Below, piece by piece: positions 30,701 through 38,174 of a stretch of 39,530 nt of DNA (position 1 is the stretch's first letter; the number at the start of each line of letters is the position of its first letter). The translations under genes were made by a program, and so were the position numbers. Origin of the DNA: a virus (taxonomy: Duplodnaviria > Caudoviricetes); IMG/VR virus record IMGVR_UViG_3300037634_001012, positions 1 to 39,530 of that record; one strand, written 5' to 3'. The notes under the pieces were generated by a model. That model was not told the origin of the DNA. It worked only from the letters and a program-made list of their open reading frames with translations, and searched no databases.

Positions 30701-33700
30701 CAAAGGTTGCTTATAAAAATAAAAACAACAATGGTATAGAGTATTTTCTACAATCAAGAGCCATGCAGACAAATCATGCTAAAGGTATAACTAAGTCTTT
30801 AGGTTATAAAATGACTTCGCTACCAGCTATAGGAAGTGGCCCAGGTAAATTTAAAATAACTAATGCTAAAGGTAAGGTTGTTGAAAAAGATAATAAAGGT
30901 ATAGGTAGCCATTGGGAACATGCTTTACAATTATTGAATCAAACAAATAGGTTTGTAGATCTTATGCGCAAACACAAAGGTGTTACACCAGCGTTTAAAA
31001 AAGGACTTAAAAATATTCTTGATGTATCAGATCAGCATTTAATACCTAAAAATGGTCAGTTATTTAACGATGCTAAAGGTCCTACTACGTTTACAAAGGT
31101 TTATACAGAGATGCTGAAAATGGGAATTGATAATCCATTACTAAATGTTTTCGCAAACAAACATGTTAAGTTGGAAAATAATTTTATAGTAAGTGGTCTA
31201 AATAAAGGTAAGAGTCTTTTAGACGTACAATTAGAAAGTATCAATATAGCGATTGCTAAAAAAATATTATCAAAACTATCTAAAAGCGAATGGCAATTAT
31301 TTGAACACCAACTTAATCATAAGTTAAAAAATAAAAATGCTGAAATTAAAAACAAAAAATCATTAGAAAAAGTTGTAGGTAAAAAAGCCGTTAAAGACTT
31401 AACCTCAAAAGATATAAACAAAACTATAAAAGTAATAGATAAAGCCATTGCTGAAGGTAGGAAAAGAAAAAAGAAATCAAGAAGTATGAGTACGTGGGAT
31501 TTAGATGATACCTTAATATATAGTAAATCTGGCGTAAGATATACTTTACCAAATCCAAGTGGTAAACCTGCCCCTGGAAGGAAAGTTATATTTCTAGCTG
31601 GAGGTGCTGGATCTGGAAAATCTAATGTGGTTAAAAAATTAGGTTTACAAGAGCAAGGATTTAAAATAGTTAATCAAGACATATCTTTAGAATGGTTAAT
31701 GAAAAATCATGGTCTACCAACAAGCATGAGCGAATTTACTGCAAAACAAAGAAGTCAATTTAGTAAACTTAGTCATGAAGCTAGACAAATAGCTTTGCGA
31801 AAAAGAATGAAATTCCAAGGTAAAGGAGATGGTGTTATTGTAGATGGTACTGGGGCTAGTCTAAAAGTCATGGAAAAGAACATTCAAGAATTTAAAGATA
31901 AAGGTTATGATGTTCAAATGATATTTGTTGAAACTTCTAAAGATATTTCTATAGCTAGAAACAAAGCTAGACCAGAAAGATCACTCAAAACAAAAATCGT
32001 AGAAACTACATGGGAAAGTGTTCAAGGAAATAAGGAAGCATACAAAAAACTATTTGGAGAAAGATTTGCAGAAGTAAATACAGATAATTTAAAAATGGGG
32101 GACGCTGTGCCTCCAGAATTAATCAGGAAATTAGATGCTTTTACTAAAGGATATATTAAAGCTAGATTAAACGCTGGAGAATTTGCTGACAAAGGAGCTG
32201 AACTAAAGGAACAAGGTGCTGAATTTGATTTTGCAGAATTTGATGTTATTAAACAAGGTGAACCAGGTCCATTTTTCCAAAAAGCTTTAGATAGAGCTAA
32301 AAAATATGGAACTGAAAATCAATTTATATTAACAGCTAGACCACCTGAGGCAGCTCCACATATACAAGAGTTTTTAAAATCTTTAGGATTAAATATACCT
32401 TTGGAGAATATAACCGGTCTAGGTAATAGCACCGCTGAAGCAAAGGCAATGTGGATGCTTAAAAAGTTTTCAGAAGGATATAATGATATGTACTTTGCTG
32501 ATGACGCAGTTCAAAATGTTAAAGAGGTTAAACATGTTTTAGATCAATTGGATATTAAATCTAAGGTTGTTCAAGTAAATAAAGTTAAAGATGTAAACAA
32601 GTTAGATTCTCCTGGTACCTACGAAGGAATATTAGCATCTAAAAACCTTAGATCAGAATACGAAAAAACTATAGCTAAGCATAGGCCTGATTTAGTTAAA
32701 GAAGGTTTGGTTTCTAGAACAGTCGACGATATGTTCGATTTTATAGACACTTTAAATGTCCCAGCAAATAAGAAGAAAAAGTACGAGCAAATAATTACTA
32801 AATGGTTAGCTACAAGTAATATAAAATTAAAAGAGGATGCTTATAAACTAGAGCAAGCAGTGGAAATAGCTGAGAAATATAAAGAAGATATATTTTCTTA
32901 CAGAAATCCTAATGAACTTATAGAAAAGTATGCTGGTAAAATTAAAAAGAAACCTCTTAACCCAAATAAAACAAAGGAATTTACTTTTTCAGGAGAACAC
33001 AAAAAAAGAGGTATCACTGTTTACGAGGTTCAAAACACAAAAGAAGGTCAACAAGCTGTTAGAGATATAATAGATACTCATTGGGGTAAAGATTCTAACC
33101 CATGGTGTATTACACAAACGAGTAAACTTGATACTGGTTTTGGCGAGTTCAAAACACGTCAAAAAGCAGAATCATTTGCTCAGAAGAAACGAAAAGAAGG
33201 CGCTGTTGTTACTATAAAAAAGCGTAAAGAACCTGGTAAAGAAGGTTTTTATTATGAGGTTAATTATGAAAATAGATCAAAAGAAGGTAAACTAACGGAT
33301 GATGCTTGGCATAATTGGACGGCTTATGAGAAAGGACCAAAAAGAATAATTTTTCATAACGGTAGATTATCATCGTTTTACGCAAACAGACAGTACTGGG
33401 ATAGAATGGACAACGCTACAGACGGACCTACTATAACAATCAAAAAGGGTAGAGTTACTAATAAAGTAGAACTTGTTCCTGACGGTACAGGGCGAATTGA
33501 GGAGTTTATTAGAGAAACTAGAACAGTTAGCAAAGACAAGAAAACCGTTACAACAGAAATTTTCGCAGATTCGCAAGATGGTTATACTGAAGGCACTAAG
33601 ATTGTAGAAAATAGAGTTAATGGTAAAACAGTTAAGTCTACAAGATATAATCCTAAAGGTGGAATTGTTGAAATTAAGGATTTTAATAAAAACGGAAAAG

Positions 33701-36183
33701 CCACAGCTTCATATAATTTCTTTCCAGATGGTAAAATGAGCGCTGTTAATACTTATGGTCAACCTTTTGGAGATATGACTACTAATGACGTAGTTAGGCA
33801 AAAAGGAGACATATTATCACATCAACACGCTGAAGGTGGCATTGCTTATATGTATGGAAGAATTAAATTAAACGATAAAGCAACAGAAATAGGGTGGAAA
33901 GTAGCAGAAAAGAATTCTGACCTAAAGAATGTTATAAAAACAGTTGACGGTAAAGTAAGGTTAGATCTTAAAAAGGTTTTAGAAATAGATGCTGACGCTA
34001 GGACTACGCTTCCAGGTAAAACTCCGGTTAAATTAAGTGAGGCTCTTAAGCCACAAGTTAGAGAGGGAATACAAAGTCTTGAACCTGTTAAAAAAGTATT
34101 AGACCAATTAGATGTCAAATCCGATGTGCAACAAGCATTGGCTTCAAAAAATCTTAATAAGGCTGTTAACAATATAATGGAGCACTCTTTAGGTATAGAG
34201 TCAAAAAAGAGATTCTCTACAGCCGAAGGAAAAGTGAGGGGTAAAGATAAGAAGAGAAGAGCTTTTTTTATACCAGATTCTGCCGCTGATTTAGAATTAT
34301 TAATAGAACCGTTGTTAGGTAAAGGTAAAAAAGGTATAGAAAATAGAAAGTGGTTTAACGAGAACTTTCACAAACCGTTTGAGAGAGGTATTAACGACTT
34401 GAATACAGCTAGACAAACTATACTTAATGACTATATGGCGTTACGTAAGCAAAATAAAGACATAGTTAAATCTTTAGATAAACCAGTTGAAGGAACTAAT
34501 TTTACAGTTGATCAAGCTGCTAGAGTTTATATATGGAATAAAGCAGGGTTTGAAGCACCTGGACTAACAAAAACATCGAAAGCTAAACTACTTGAACATG
34601 TTGCTAACAATCCTAAGTTGCAAGCTTTTGCTGATAATGTTGCTAAACTTACTAAAATTGAAACTGGGCTAAAAAAACCTAGTGAATATTGGTGGGGAGA
34701 AACTTTAGCTACTGAAGTTAGTGAAACTGGTAGAACTATTGGTAGAGATAAATATATTGCAGATTGGATAGAAGCTAAAAACGAAATATTCTCTAAAGAA
34801 AATTTAGCTAAAATGGAATCTGAGCTTGGTCCTAGATGGAGAGAAGCTATGGATGGTATGCTTTATAGAATGGAGACTGGTAGAATGAGGGCAGAAAATT
34901 TAGATAGACTTAGTAACGAAGTGATGGATTATTTAAACGGAGCTACTGGTGCTATCATGCATTTGAATACTAGATCGGCTGCTTTACAGTTAATATCTAC
35001 AGTTAACTTTATTAATCATGGTGAGAATAATCCTTTTGCCGCGGCTAAAGCGTTTGCTAATTTACCACAATACACTAAGGATTTTATGTTTATTATGAAT
35101 TCTCCTATGTTAAAACAAAGAAGGGCTGGTTTACAAATAAACGTATCAGAAGCTGAATTGGCGGCAGCAGCAAGTTCAGGTAAAAAAGGAGGCTATCAAA
35201 CCGCTAAAAGAATGTTAGCCACTATTTTAAAACATGGTTATTTACCGACAAAAATTGCGGATAGTTTTGCAATAGCTTCAGGTGGAGCTACATACTATCG
35301 TAATAGAATTAAGATGTATGAAAAGCAAGGTTTAAAAACTAAAGAGGCAGAAAGAAAAGCTTGGATAGATTTTCAAGCTATAGCAGAAAAAACTCAACAG
35401 TCCTCTAGACCTGATTTATTATCACAACAACAAGTATCAGTGGCGGGTAGGGTAATATTACCTTTCGGTAATACTCCGATGCAAATGAATAGGATTGCTA
35501 TGAAGGAGCAGTTAGATGTGGCTAAAGGTAGGTATGACGGATATTTTGGAGAAAATTCTTTAACTCATAAGCTGAGTAAGATATCTTATTATTACGCAAT
35601 ACAATCAGCTATATTTGCTGGGTTACAATCAGCTGCATTTGCGCTTTGGACTATGAGTGATGATGAACCATTGATAGCGCAAAAGAAATCAAGAGCAGCT
35701 AATACTATGGCTGATTCGTTCTTAAGAGGTATGGGTATATCTGGGGCTGTAGCTGCTGGTTTTAAAAATGCTATTATTAAATTTTTAGAGCAAAACAAAA
35801 AAGGATTTAATGCTGATTACAGTGAAGTTGGTGAGGCTTTATTAAATATATCACCTACTATAGGGTCTAAGTTTAGCGGAATGGACGCCACTGGCAACAC
35901 TTTTAAATATAATAAAAAAGAAATACTAGAAAAAGGATTTAGTTTAGATAACACAAAAGGTATAGAAGCTGCTGCTCAAACTATACAAGCTATAACAAAC
36001 GCCCCGACGTATAATTATATTAAAAAGAATAAAAACATCCAATCCGCTTTAGATAAACAAAATGCTGCGTGGCAAAGAATACATAATATTTGGGGATATA
36101 GTGCTTGGGATGTTGGTGTTGAAGATAAAAAGAAGAAGAAAAAGAAAAAGAAAGCGTTTGAGATATTGTATGATCTTGATTAA
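24790..36183 (+). CDS. Giant polyvalent ejection protein (HExxH metallopeptidase, HAD phosphatase with nested P-loop kinase, other modules)
   Basis: 3797 aa. HEGLH...EELMAY (27862-28050); WDLDDT, ILTAR, FADD HAD motifs (31495-32505); Walker A GGAGSGKS (31600-31623) and VIVDGT; hydrophobic Gly-rich segments at ~26500-27360; helical C-terminal domain. Confidence 0.8.
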   Translation: MPDKNSIFPDFFKDINLDEEQEEQDSLFPDWFADIDLDEEDEESDDGSLGLPSFEFNPATQDKTTFNRPVFSLERDGDKNNVYPFPSGDFYDIISGDDDKEETPKLVKDIQKKEGTFVPEPKVTTDFRLLTEEEEEKLYPQTVQEAEFGQHKVTLKGVEEGEDIVQELPTSQLRYDRTKIFKISEHTEGYENDREKLEAYLNLEYFTKSQHLKNIIGTDNLTAYQIKDPDLKRLKEDFKSNLGELGISRTAYPNLEDYHLDEILTDVFTAQVAKEKLDIAVGDQYTTINDILIKKEKDTSDADAIKEGVDRLDNGKINGRANKNEIEYARITKLLRGELDDDTRKKYEDRLNVNIPGSLGDILFMKDEVKMVGFNQYEKTGKRIPKDKKFELFHDPVSGINYKAGERKVAETKGGAVINITDAYQIYLNKFENTSLDDLTKFNHQLLLEEAGYKIEGKELGNYYVGDQVIRGMLIDKGYEMDKDGIFKDVPLGVLTELSNIPGTSDFWGRDVFMAKGEIIPQDYKNKPYETEEEFLDFLRVRRQQGHDIAAKNEAMFQTYYLNRDISSINKSRKGQFFGNFAGTLFGKRTTQEQFGFTNQDVVDVFASEILDPSGVDTTPGQQEVFERTVADRFTEGGGALLGMVTLLGGTVNPAMKALGVNKMIAGITAPRYLATRLTWNGTKAGGVIKQSKVIRDAASVGKSVSQYADDIGLKILPVTSTQKGVGLVAGALLEEWKMGPVLGAMTDDRVRFEPGVGAGFYLMPKLIPFGFGRFAQGKPLGMTFKNNQMNTFMQSTFVNGPSFALAVEGGDFLNALGDDMMGREEIYGWAKHHWGDRKENMIRVGLNIVNGKVLGMMHFNPLDYKTTSMIGDFKRESMGLYAKDYKKIKELAKKEKLTPEEFMLWNPKHKDVQNAQKHHTDWMLSDQRLDLINETADWTGDGANTKKVYEDHYKPLVELFENKGKKIQIEVGNKPIYQSMGFKNGREVFDEVDALYTRMSDSKDGIARIQINTRKSKGKATASHEGLHAYLDLLFDGNIKVEKAFMESLKTALKSMKTEGGSNVYQDILNTKDIKDINKLEELMAYGAEYLGKVENYNALVSNQGFTKMKKFWNNFAGSAFPGLKADLTLKQDIIDLLGTYGRTGDIRKLDKFAENIEYDPTGEARKGQVATRGESINKEIAEIKKEKKGVLKNLNDINITKPKGYKTVAEEKREEWKKLDARQKELENQVEIEDVKEEVKETGWDQQIDKNYTIGKYKDKTVNGKKITAKEDFQNKQRFAGDKAVAEDIRNSTGLENKIRQNATLMRVPKEAQKQFVQDVKERIIEKFLKEYDPGKINKEFGRELTPFGWMTHRTKHKPSMIYRAAGDVAAKYKKEIPTIKADAYEGGIEAFEGYSEQTGHMNTAKTFDSKVERDGIELSEQPGMKKKVGDKTLGEVIDQKSGADAKNLDFGAKGAKKIVSYKNIQPNAEKTIGKEVTVDYYKVTPEMYKKMQKRVDQQLNNDDITNVLKVIKDNIGIELGMIPRWKQSIIDKHTGQEVAFMIVGGKFPSEPKATGTTTKILKLGQEGGLKNGKIKGLLYNEIPQTGTKGSKYEYSKRYEEYLKTLDKAFKTEFEQDVIEALSKGDRADKSGKLKGWMIQRKKAMYVQGVDKALPNTPELTARHTLAEMSNQVKAGLNPGLAAKDVNAVIKMLQKDRIDIYDIYEAMPNSPKARAPIEKLILERDALSKDTDVIKANMKYQSELEVKTEAELDAVYLESVNRSRQIAKDNNLVENLADPNWIANNPNKVIGTKIVKGKKVEITAEQWRKDLDFQVLEEMGVDLKELEALQTKKGQTYHHALESILVELGFNSKSRRQKLPNGDFVYLNKGKKGSADAIYSFLGKTVSTKKGKSAKKYEKVYRPDWSTEKKNLQKLEDEMVANNEPIEAIKDAKIEMYRKNASYSGKSKDYEATEKANRDFFEDYFTAMAKVAYKNKNNNGIEYFLQSRAMQTNHAKGITKSLGYKMTSLPAIGSGPGKFKITNAKGKVVEKDNKGIGSHWEHALQLLNQTNRFVDLMRKHKGVTPAFKKGLKNILDVSDQHLIPKNGQLFNDAKGPTTFTKVYTEMLKMGIDNPLLNVFANKHVKLENNFIVSGLNKGKSLLDVQLESINIAIAKKILSKLSKSEWQLFEHQLNHKLKNKNAEIKNKKSLEKVVGKKAVKDLTSKDINKTIKVIDKAIAEGRKRKKKSRSMSTWDLDDTLIYSKSGVRYTLPNPSGKPAPGRKVIFLAGGAGSGKSNVVKKLGLQEQGFKIVNQDISLEWLMKNHGLPTSMSEFTAKQRSQFSKLSHEARQIALRKRMKFQGKGDGVIVDGTGASLKVMEKNIQEFKDKGYDVQMIFVETSKDISIARNKARPERSLKTKIVETTWESVQGNKEAYKKLFGERFAEVNTDNLKMGDAVPPELIRKLDAFTKGYIKARLNAGEFADKGAELKEQGAEFDFAEFDVIKQGEPGPFFQKALDRAKKYGTENQFILTARPPEAAPHIQEFLKSLGLNIPLENITGLGNSTAEAKAMWMLKKFSEGYNDMYFADDAVQNVKEVKHVLDQLDIKSKVVQVNKVKDVNKLDSPGTYEGILASKNLRSEYEKTIAKHRPDLVKEGLVSRTVDDMFDFIDTLNVPANKKKKYEQIITKWLATSNIKLKEDAYKLEQAVEIAEKYKEDIFSYRNPNELIEKYAGKIKKKPLNPNKTKEFTFSGEHKKRGITVYEVQNTKEGQQAVRDIIDTHWGKDSNPWCITQTSKLDTGFGEFKTRQKAESFAQKKRKEGAVVTIKKRKEPGKEGFYYEVNYENRSKEGKLTDDAWHNWTAYEKGPKRIIFHNGRLSSFYANRQYWDRMDNATDGPTITIKKGRVTNKVELVPDGTGRIEEFIRETRTVSKDKKTVTTEIFADSQDGYTEGTKIVENRVNGKTVKSTRYNPKGGIVEIKDFNKNGKATASYNFFPDGKMSAVNTYGQPFGDMTTNDVVRQKGDILSHQHAEGGIAYMYGRIKLNDKATEIGWKVAEKNSDLKNVIKTVDGKVRLDLKKVLEIDADARTTLPGKTPVKLSEALKPQVREGIQSLEPVKKVLDQLDVKSDVQQALASKNLNKAVNNIMEHSLGIESKKRFSTAEGKVRGKDKKRRAFFIPDSAADLELLIEPLLGKGKKGIENRKWFNENFHKPFERGINDLNTARQTILNDYMALRKQNKDIVKSLDKPVEGTNFTVDQAARVYIWNKAGFEAPGLTKTSKAKLLEHVANNPKLQAFADNVAKLTKIETGLKKPSEYWWGETLATEVSETGRTIGRDKYIADWIEAKNEIFSKENLAKMESELGPRWREAMDGMLYRMETGRMRAENLDRLSNEVMDYLNGATGAIMHLNTRSAALQLISTVNFINHGENNPFAAAKAFANLPQYTKDFMFIMNSPMLKQRRAGLQINVSEAELAAAASSGKKGGYQTAKRMLATILKHGYLPTKIADSFAIASGGATYYRNRIKMYEKQGLKTKEAERKAWIDFQAIAEKTQQSSRPDLLSQQQVSVAGRVILPFGNTPMQMNRIAMKEQLDVAKGRYDGYFGENSLTHKLSKISYYYAIQSAIFAGLQSAAFALWTMSDDEPLIAQKKSRAANTMADSFLRGMGISGAVAAGFKNAIIKFLEQNKKGFNADYSEVGEALLNISPTIGSKFSGMDATGNTFKYNKKEILEKGFSLDNTKGIEAAAQTIQAITNAPTYNYIKKNKNIQSALDKQNAAWQRIHNIWGYSAWDVGVEDKKKKKKKKKAFEILYDLD

Positions 36184-36212
36184 TACCGCTCGTTAAATTT
36201 ACAAATTAAAAT

Positions 36213-36229
36213 AAATAAGTGATTATAAA
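36213..36229 (+). promoter_or_regulatory. Candidate phage late promoter motif (AAATAAGTGATTATAAA)
   Basis: Intergenic, at the start of the membrane-protein cluster; resembles motifs at 20877 and 37202. Confidence 0.3.
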
Positions 36230-36562
36230 ATGACAATAGCAAAGTACCCAGAGTGCAAACTCTGTAACCAAGAAATAGCACTAATGCAAAAAGATATAGA
36301 AATGCTAAGAGAAGATATTAAAGAGTTAAACGAGAAGATTGATAAGTTAATGATTAAACTGCTTGATCCAGATTCTGGTCTAGTGGTTAGAGTTAACAAA
36401 AACACAGAAAGATTAGACGAAAGAGATAAGGCTTTACCTGGTTGGATGAAAGATCTACAGGCGTTTCGTCAAATGAAAAGTTGGAAAAATAATGTTACGA
36501 AAGCATTGTGGGTTTTATACGCGGCTGTAATTGGATGGATAGCTAAAAATTTATTTTGGTAA
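36230..36562 (+). CDS. Coiled-coil protein with C-terminal transmembrane helix (possible holin/lysis accessory)
   Basis: Heptad coiled coil, then ALWVLYAAVIGWIAKNLFW; N-terminal CxxC. Confidence 0.5.
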   Translation: MTIAKYPECKLCNQEIALMQKDIEMLREDIKELNEKIDKLMIKLLDPDSGLVVRVNKNTERLDERDKALPGWMKDLQAFRQMKSWKNNVTKALWVLYAAVIGWIAKNLFW

Positions 36563-36563
36563 G

Positions 36564-36770
36564 ATGAAAGAAATACTGCAACTTATAGAAGGTTATGGAT
36601 TACCATTAATATTATTACTAGGAGCTTTATATGCACTATATAGGTTTTTAGTATTTAGTTTGTATGAAGTAAAGAATCAATTCTCTCGCCACCACGAAAG
36701 GGCAGCAGAAAATTTTGAGGAAATGAAAAAGAAAATAGATATAATTTTAGAATATATAAGAAAACAATAG
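36564..36770 (+). CDS. Small single-TM membrane protein, holin-like
   Basis: N-terminal hydrophobic helix YGLPLILLLGALYALYRFLVFSL plus a short coiled coil. Confidence 0.5.
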   Translation: MKEILQLIEGYGLPLILLLGALYALYRFLVFSLYEVKNQFSRHHERAAENFEEMKKKIDIILEYIRKQ

Positions 36771-36771
36771 C

Positions 36772-37032
36772 GTGAAGAATTTTACTTTAAATATTAAAGA
36801 TCTTGTTTGGGTTGTTACTTTAGTAGTATCAATTGCTGGTATGTATTATACGTTAAATTATAAAACACAACGTTTAGAAGAAAAAGTAGAATACTTAGAA
36901 AATAGACACGAAACTACAAATATAGATGTATTAAAAAATGATATAGATTATGTTAAAAAAGACATTGGAGAAATTAAAGTCTCTATTAGGGATCAGTTTG
37001 ATCTTGTTAATTCTATTCTTTTGGAAGATTAG
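36772..37032 (+). CDS. N-terminal TM + coiled-coil protein (possible lysis accessory / i-spanin-like)
   Basis: GTG start 1 nt after the upstream stop; TM LVWVVTLVVSIAGMYY followed by a coiled coil. Confidence 0.5.
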   Translation: MKNFTLNIKDLVWVVTLVVSIAGMYYTLNYKTQRLEEKVEYLENRHETTNIDVLKNDIDYVKKDIGEIKVSIRDQFDLVNSILLED

Positions 37033-37192
37033 TATTGCGCAGACAGATACAACCACTACTGTAGATACTACAATAGTACAGATACAACAAATTCAAACTG
37101 ATTTAGACGAGATAAAAGAAATGTTCAAAGAACAAAAAAGAATATTAGAAGAAAAATTGGAAGAAAAAAACAAACCAAAAACAACACTGTAA
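36950..37192 (+). CDS. Small signal-peptide-bearing coiled-coil protein overlapping the upstream gene
   Basis: Basic n-region, hydrophobic h-region, SIA|Q cleavage-like site; fills the otherwise empty 37033-37192 gap. Confidence 0.5.
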   Translation: MLKKTLEKLKSLLGISLILLILFFWKISIAQTDTTTTVDTTIVQIQQIQTDLDEIKEMFKEQKRILEEKLEEKNKPKTTL

Positions 37193-37201
37193 AATAAATA
37201 G

Positions 37202-37220
37202 ATAGTGTGTAATAATAAAA
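37202..37220 (+). promoter_or_regulatory. Candidate phage late promoter motif (ATAGTGTGTAATAATAAAA)
   Basis: Intergenic, upstream of the MATT paralog cluster. Confidence 0.3.
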
Positions 37221-37252
37221 TAGTGAATAAACAATTATAAAAAAATAACAAT

Positions 37253-37672
37253 ATGGCAACAACAACAGCAACCCTAGCATTGAGTAGTGTAGATTTACTA
37301 TCTGATGAATTAGCGCTGTCTACTACATGCACGCTTACAAAGACAACAACGGCAACAGGTGTAGAAGATACAACAGGTTTAAATAGAAAAAAGATAACCT
37401 CAACAGCAAAAGGAACCGCTAGTGGACAAGTGACATTATATACGGCAGATGATTTTGCTGCTATCCCATATTTATATATTAAAAACCTAGCAACTACAGC
37501 GGGGCATAGAATATATGTATATGATGATACTACAACTGGGGATCCTATTCAGTTTCAACTAGACGCGGGCGATTGGGGCTTTATACCCATGCATGGTGAT
37601 AAGACATACAGTGCTTATGCGTCAAACAATCCTACTTCTATAGAGTTTATGGTAATAGGGCAAGATCAATAA
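37253..37672 (+). CDS. Small structural protein, paralog 1 (MATT family)
   Basis: MATTTATL start; LYIKN and GDWGFIP motifs shared with the next two genes. Confidence 0.6.
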   Translation: MATTTATLALSSVDLLSDELALSTTCTLTKTTTATGVEDTTGLNRKKITSTAKGTASGQVTLYTADDFAAIPYLYIKNLATTAGHRIYVYDDTTTGDPIQFQLDAGDWGFIPMHGDKTYSAYASNNPTSIEFMVIGQDQ

Positions 37673-37701
37673 TAACAAAACAACAACTAAATAAATAAAT
37701 T

Positions 37702-38151
37702 ATGGCAACAACAACAGCAGCGGTAACGCTAACTAGTGATCTACTGTCAGACAATATGTCCGTAAGCGCGTCTACAACGTGTATGAAAGCGGGTACTACT
37801 GCTGATGGTTTAGATATGATGGAATATGGATATATAGATATAGTAACTGGGGATCAATTTGACCTTTTAGGTTCTGATGATTCGACGGGGTCACTTGGAA
37901 ACCCTGTGAGTGGGGTAATGGCTAATAAAGCTAACAAAGTTTATATAAAAAACCACTCTACAGACGAAACTTATTATGTGAGTATTATGCTAGATGCTCA
38001 AGCTATAGGTAAATTATATGGTGGTGATTGGATGTTTATACCTTGGAGCGCCACTGATGACGATAAAGATATAGAAATTACAGCGTCCGGTGGAACAAAC
38101 AAAATATGTTATGCTCTTTTTCACCAAGGAAAAACTTTAGTAGCATCTTAA
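37702..38151 (+). CDS. Small structural protein, paralog 2 (MATT family)
   Basis: MATTTAAV start; VYIKN and IGKLYGGDWMFIP motifs. Confidence 0.6.
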   Translation: MATTTAAVTLTSDLLSDNMSVSASTTCMKAGTTADGLDMMEYGYIDIVTGDQFDLLGSDDSTGSLGNPVSGVMANKANKVYIKNHSTDETYYVSIMLDAQAIGKLYGGDWMFIPWSATDDDKDIEITASGGTNKICYALFHQGKTLVAS

Positions 38152-38174
38152 TAACTTTAAATAAATAAATAAAT

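Noticed and set aside
30907-30930. SHWEH as an HNH-like or metal-binding nuclease motif
   Set aside because: A single short motif without enough supporting context to call a domain by eye.
31580-32150. Stand-alone zeta/epsilon toxin-antitoxin module
   Set aside because: The kinase is an in-frame internal domain of a virion protein with no adjacent antitoxin gene; reported instead as a nested domain.
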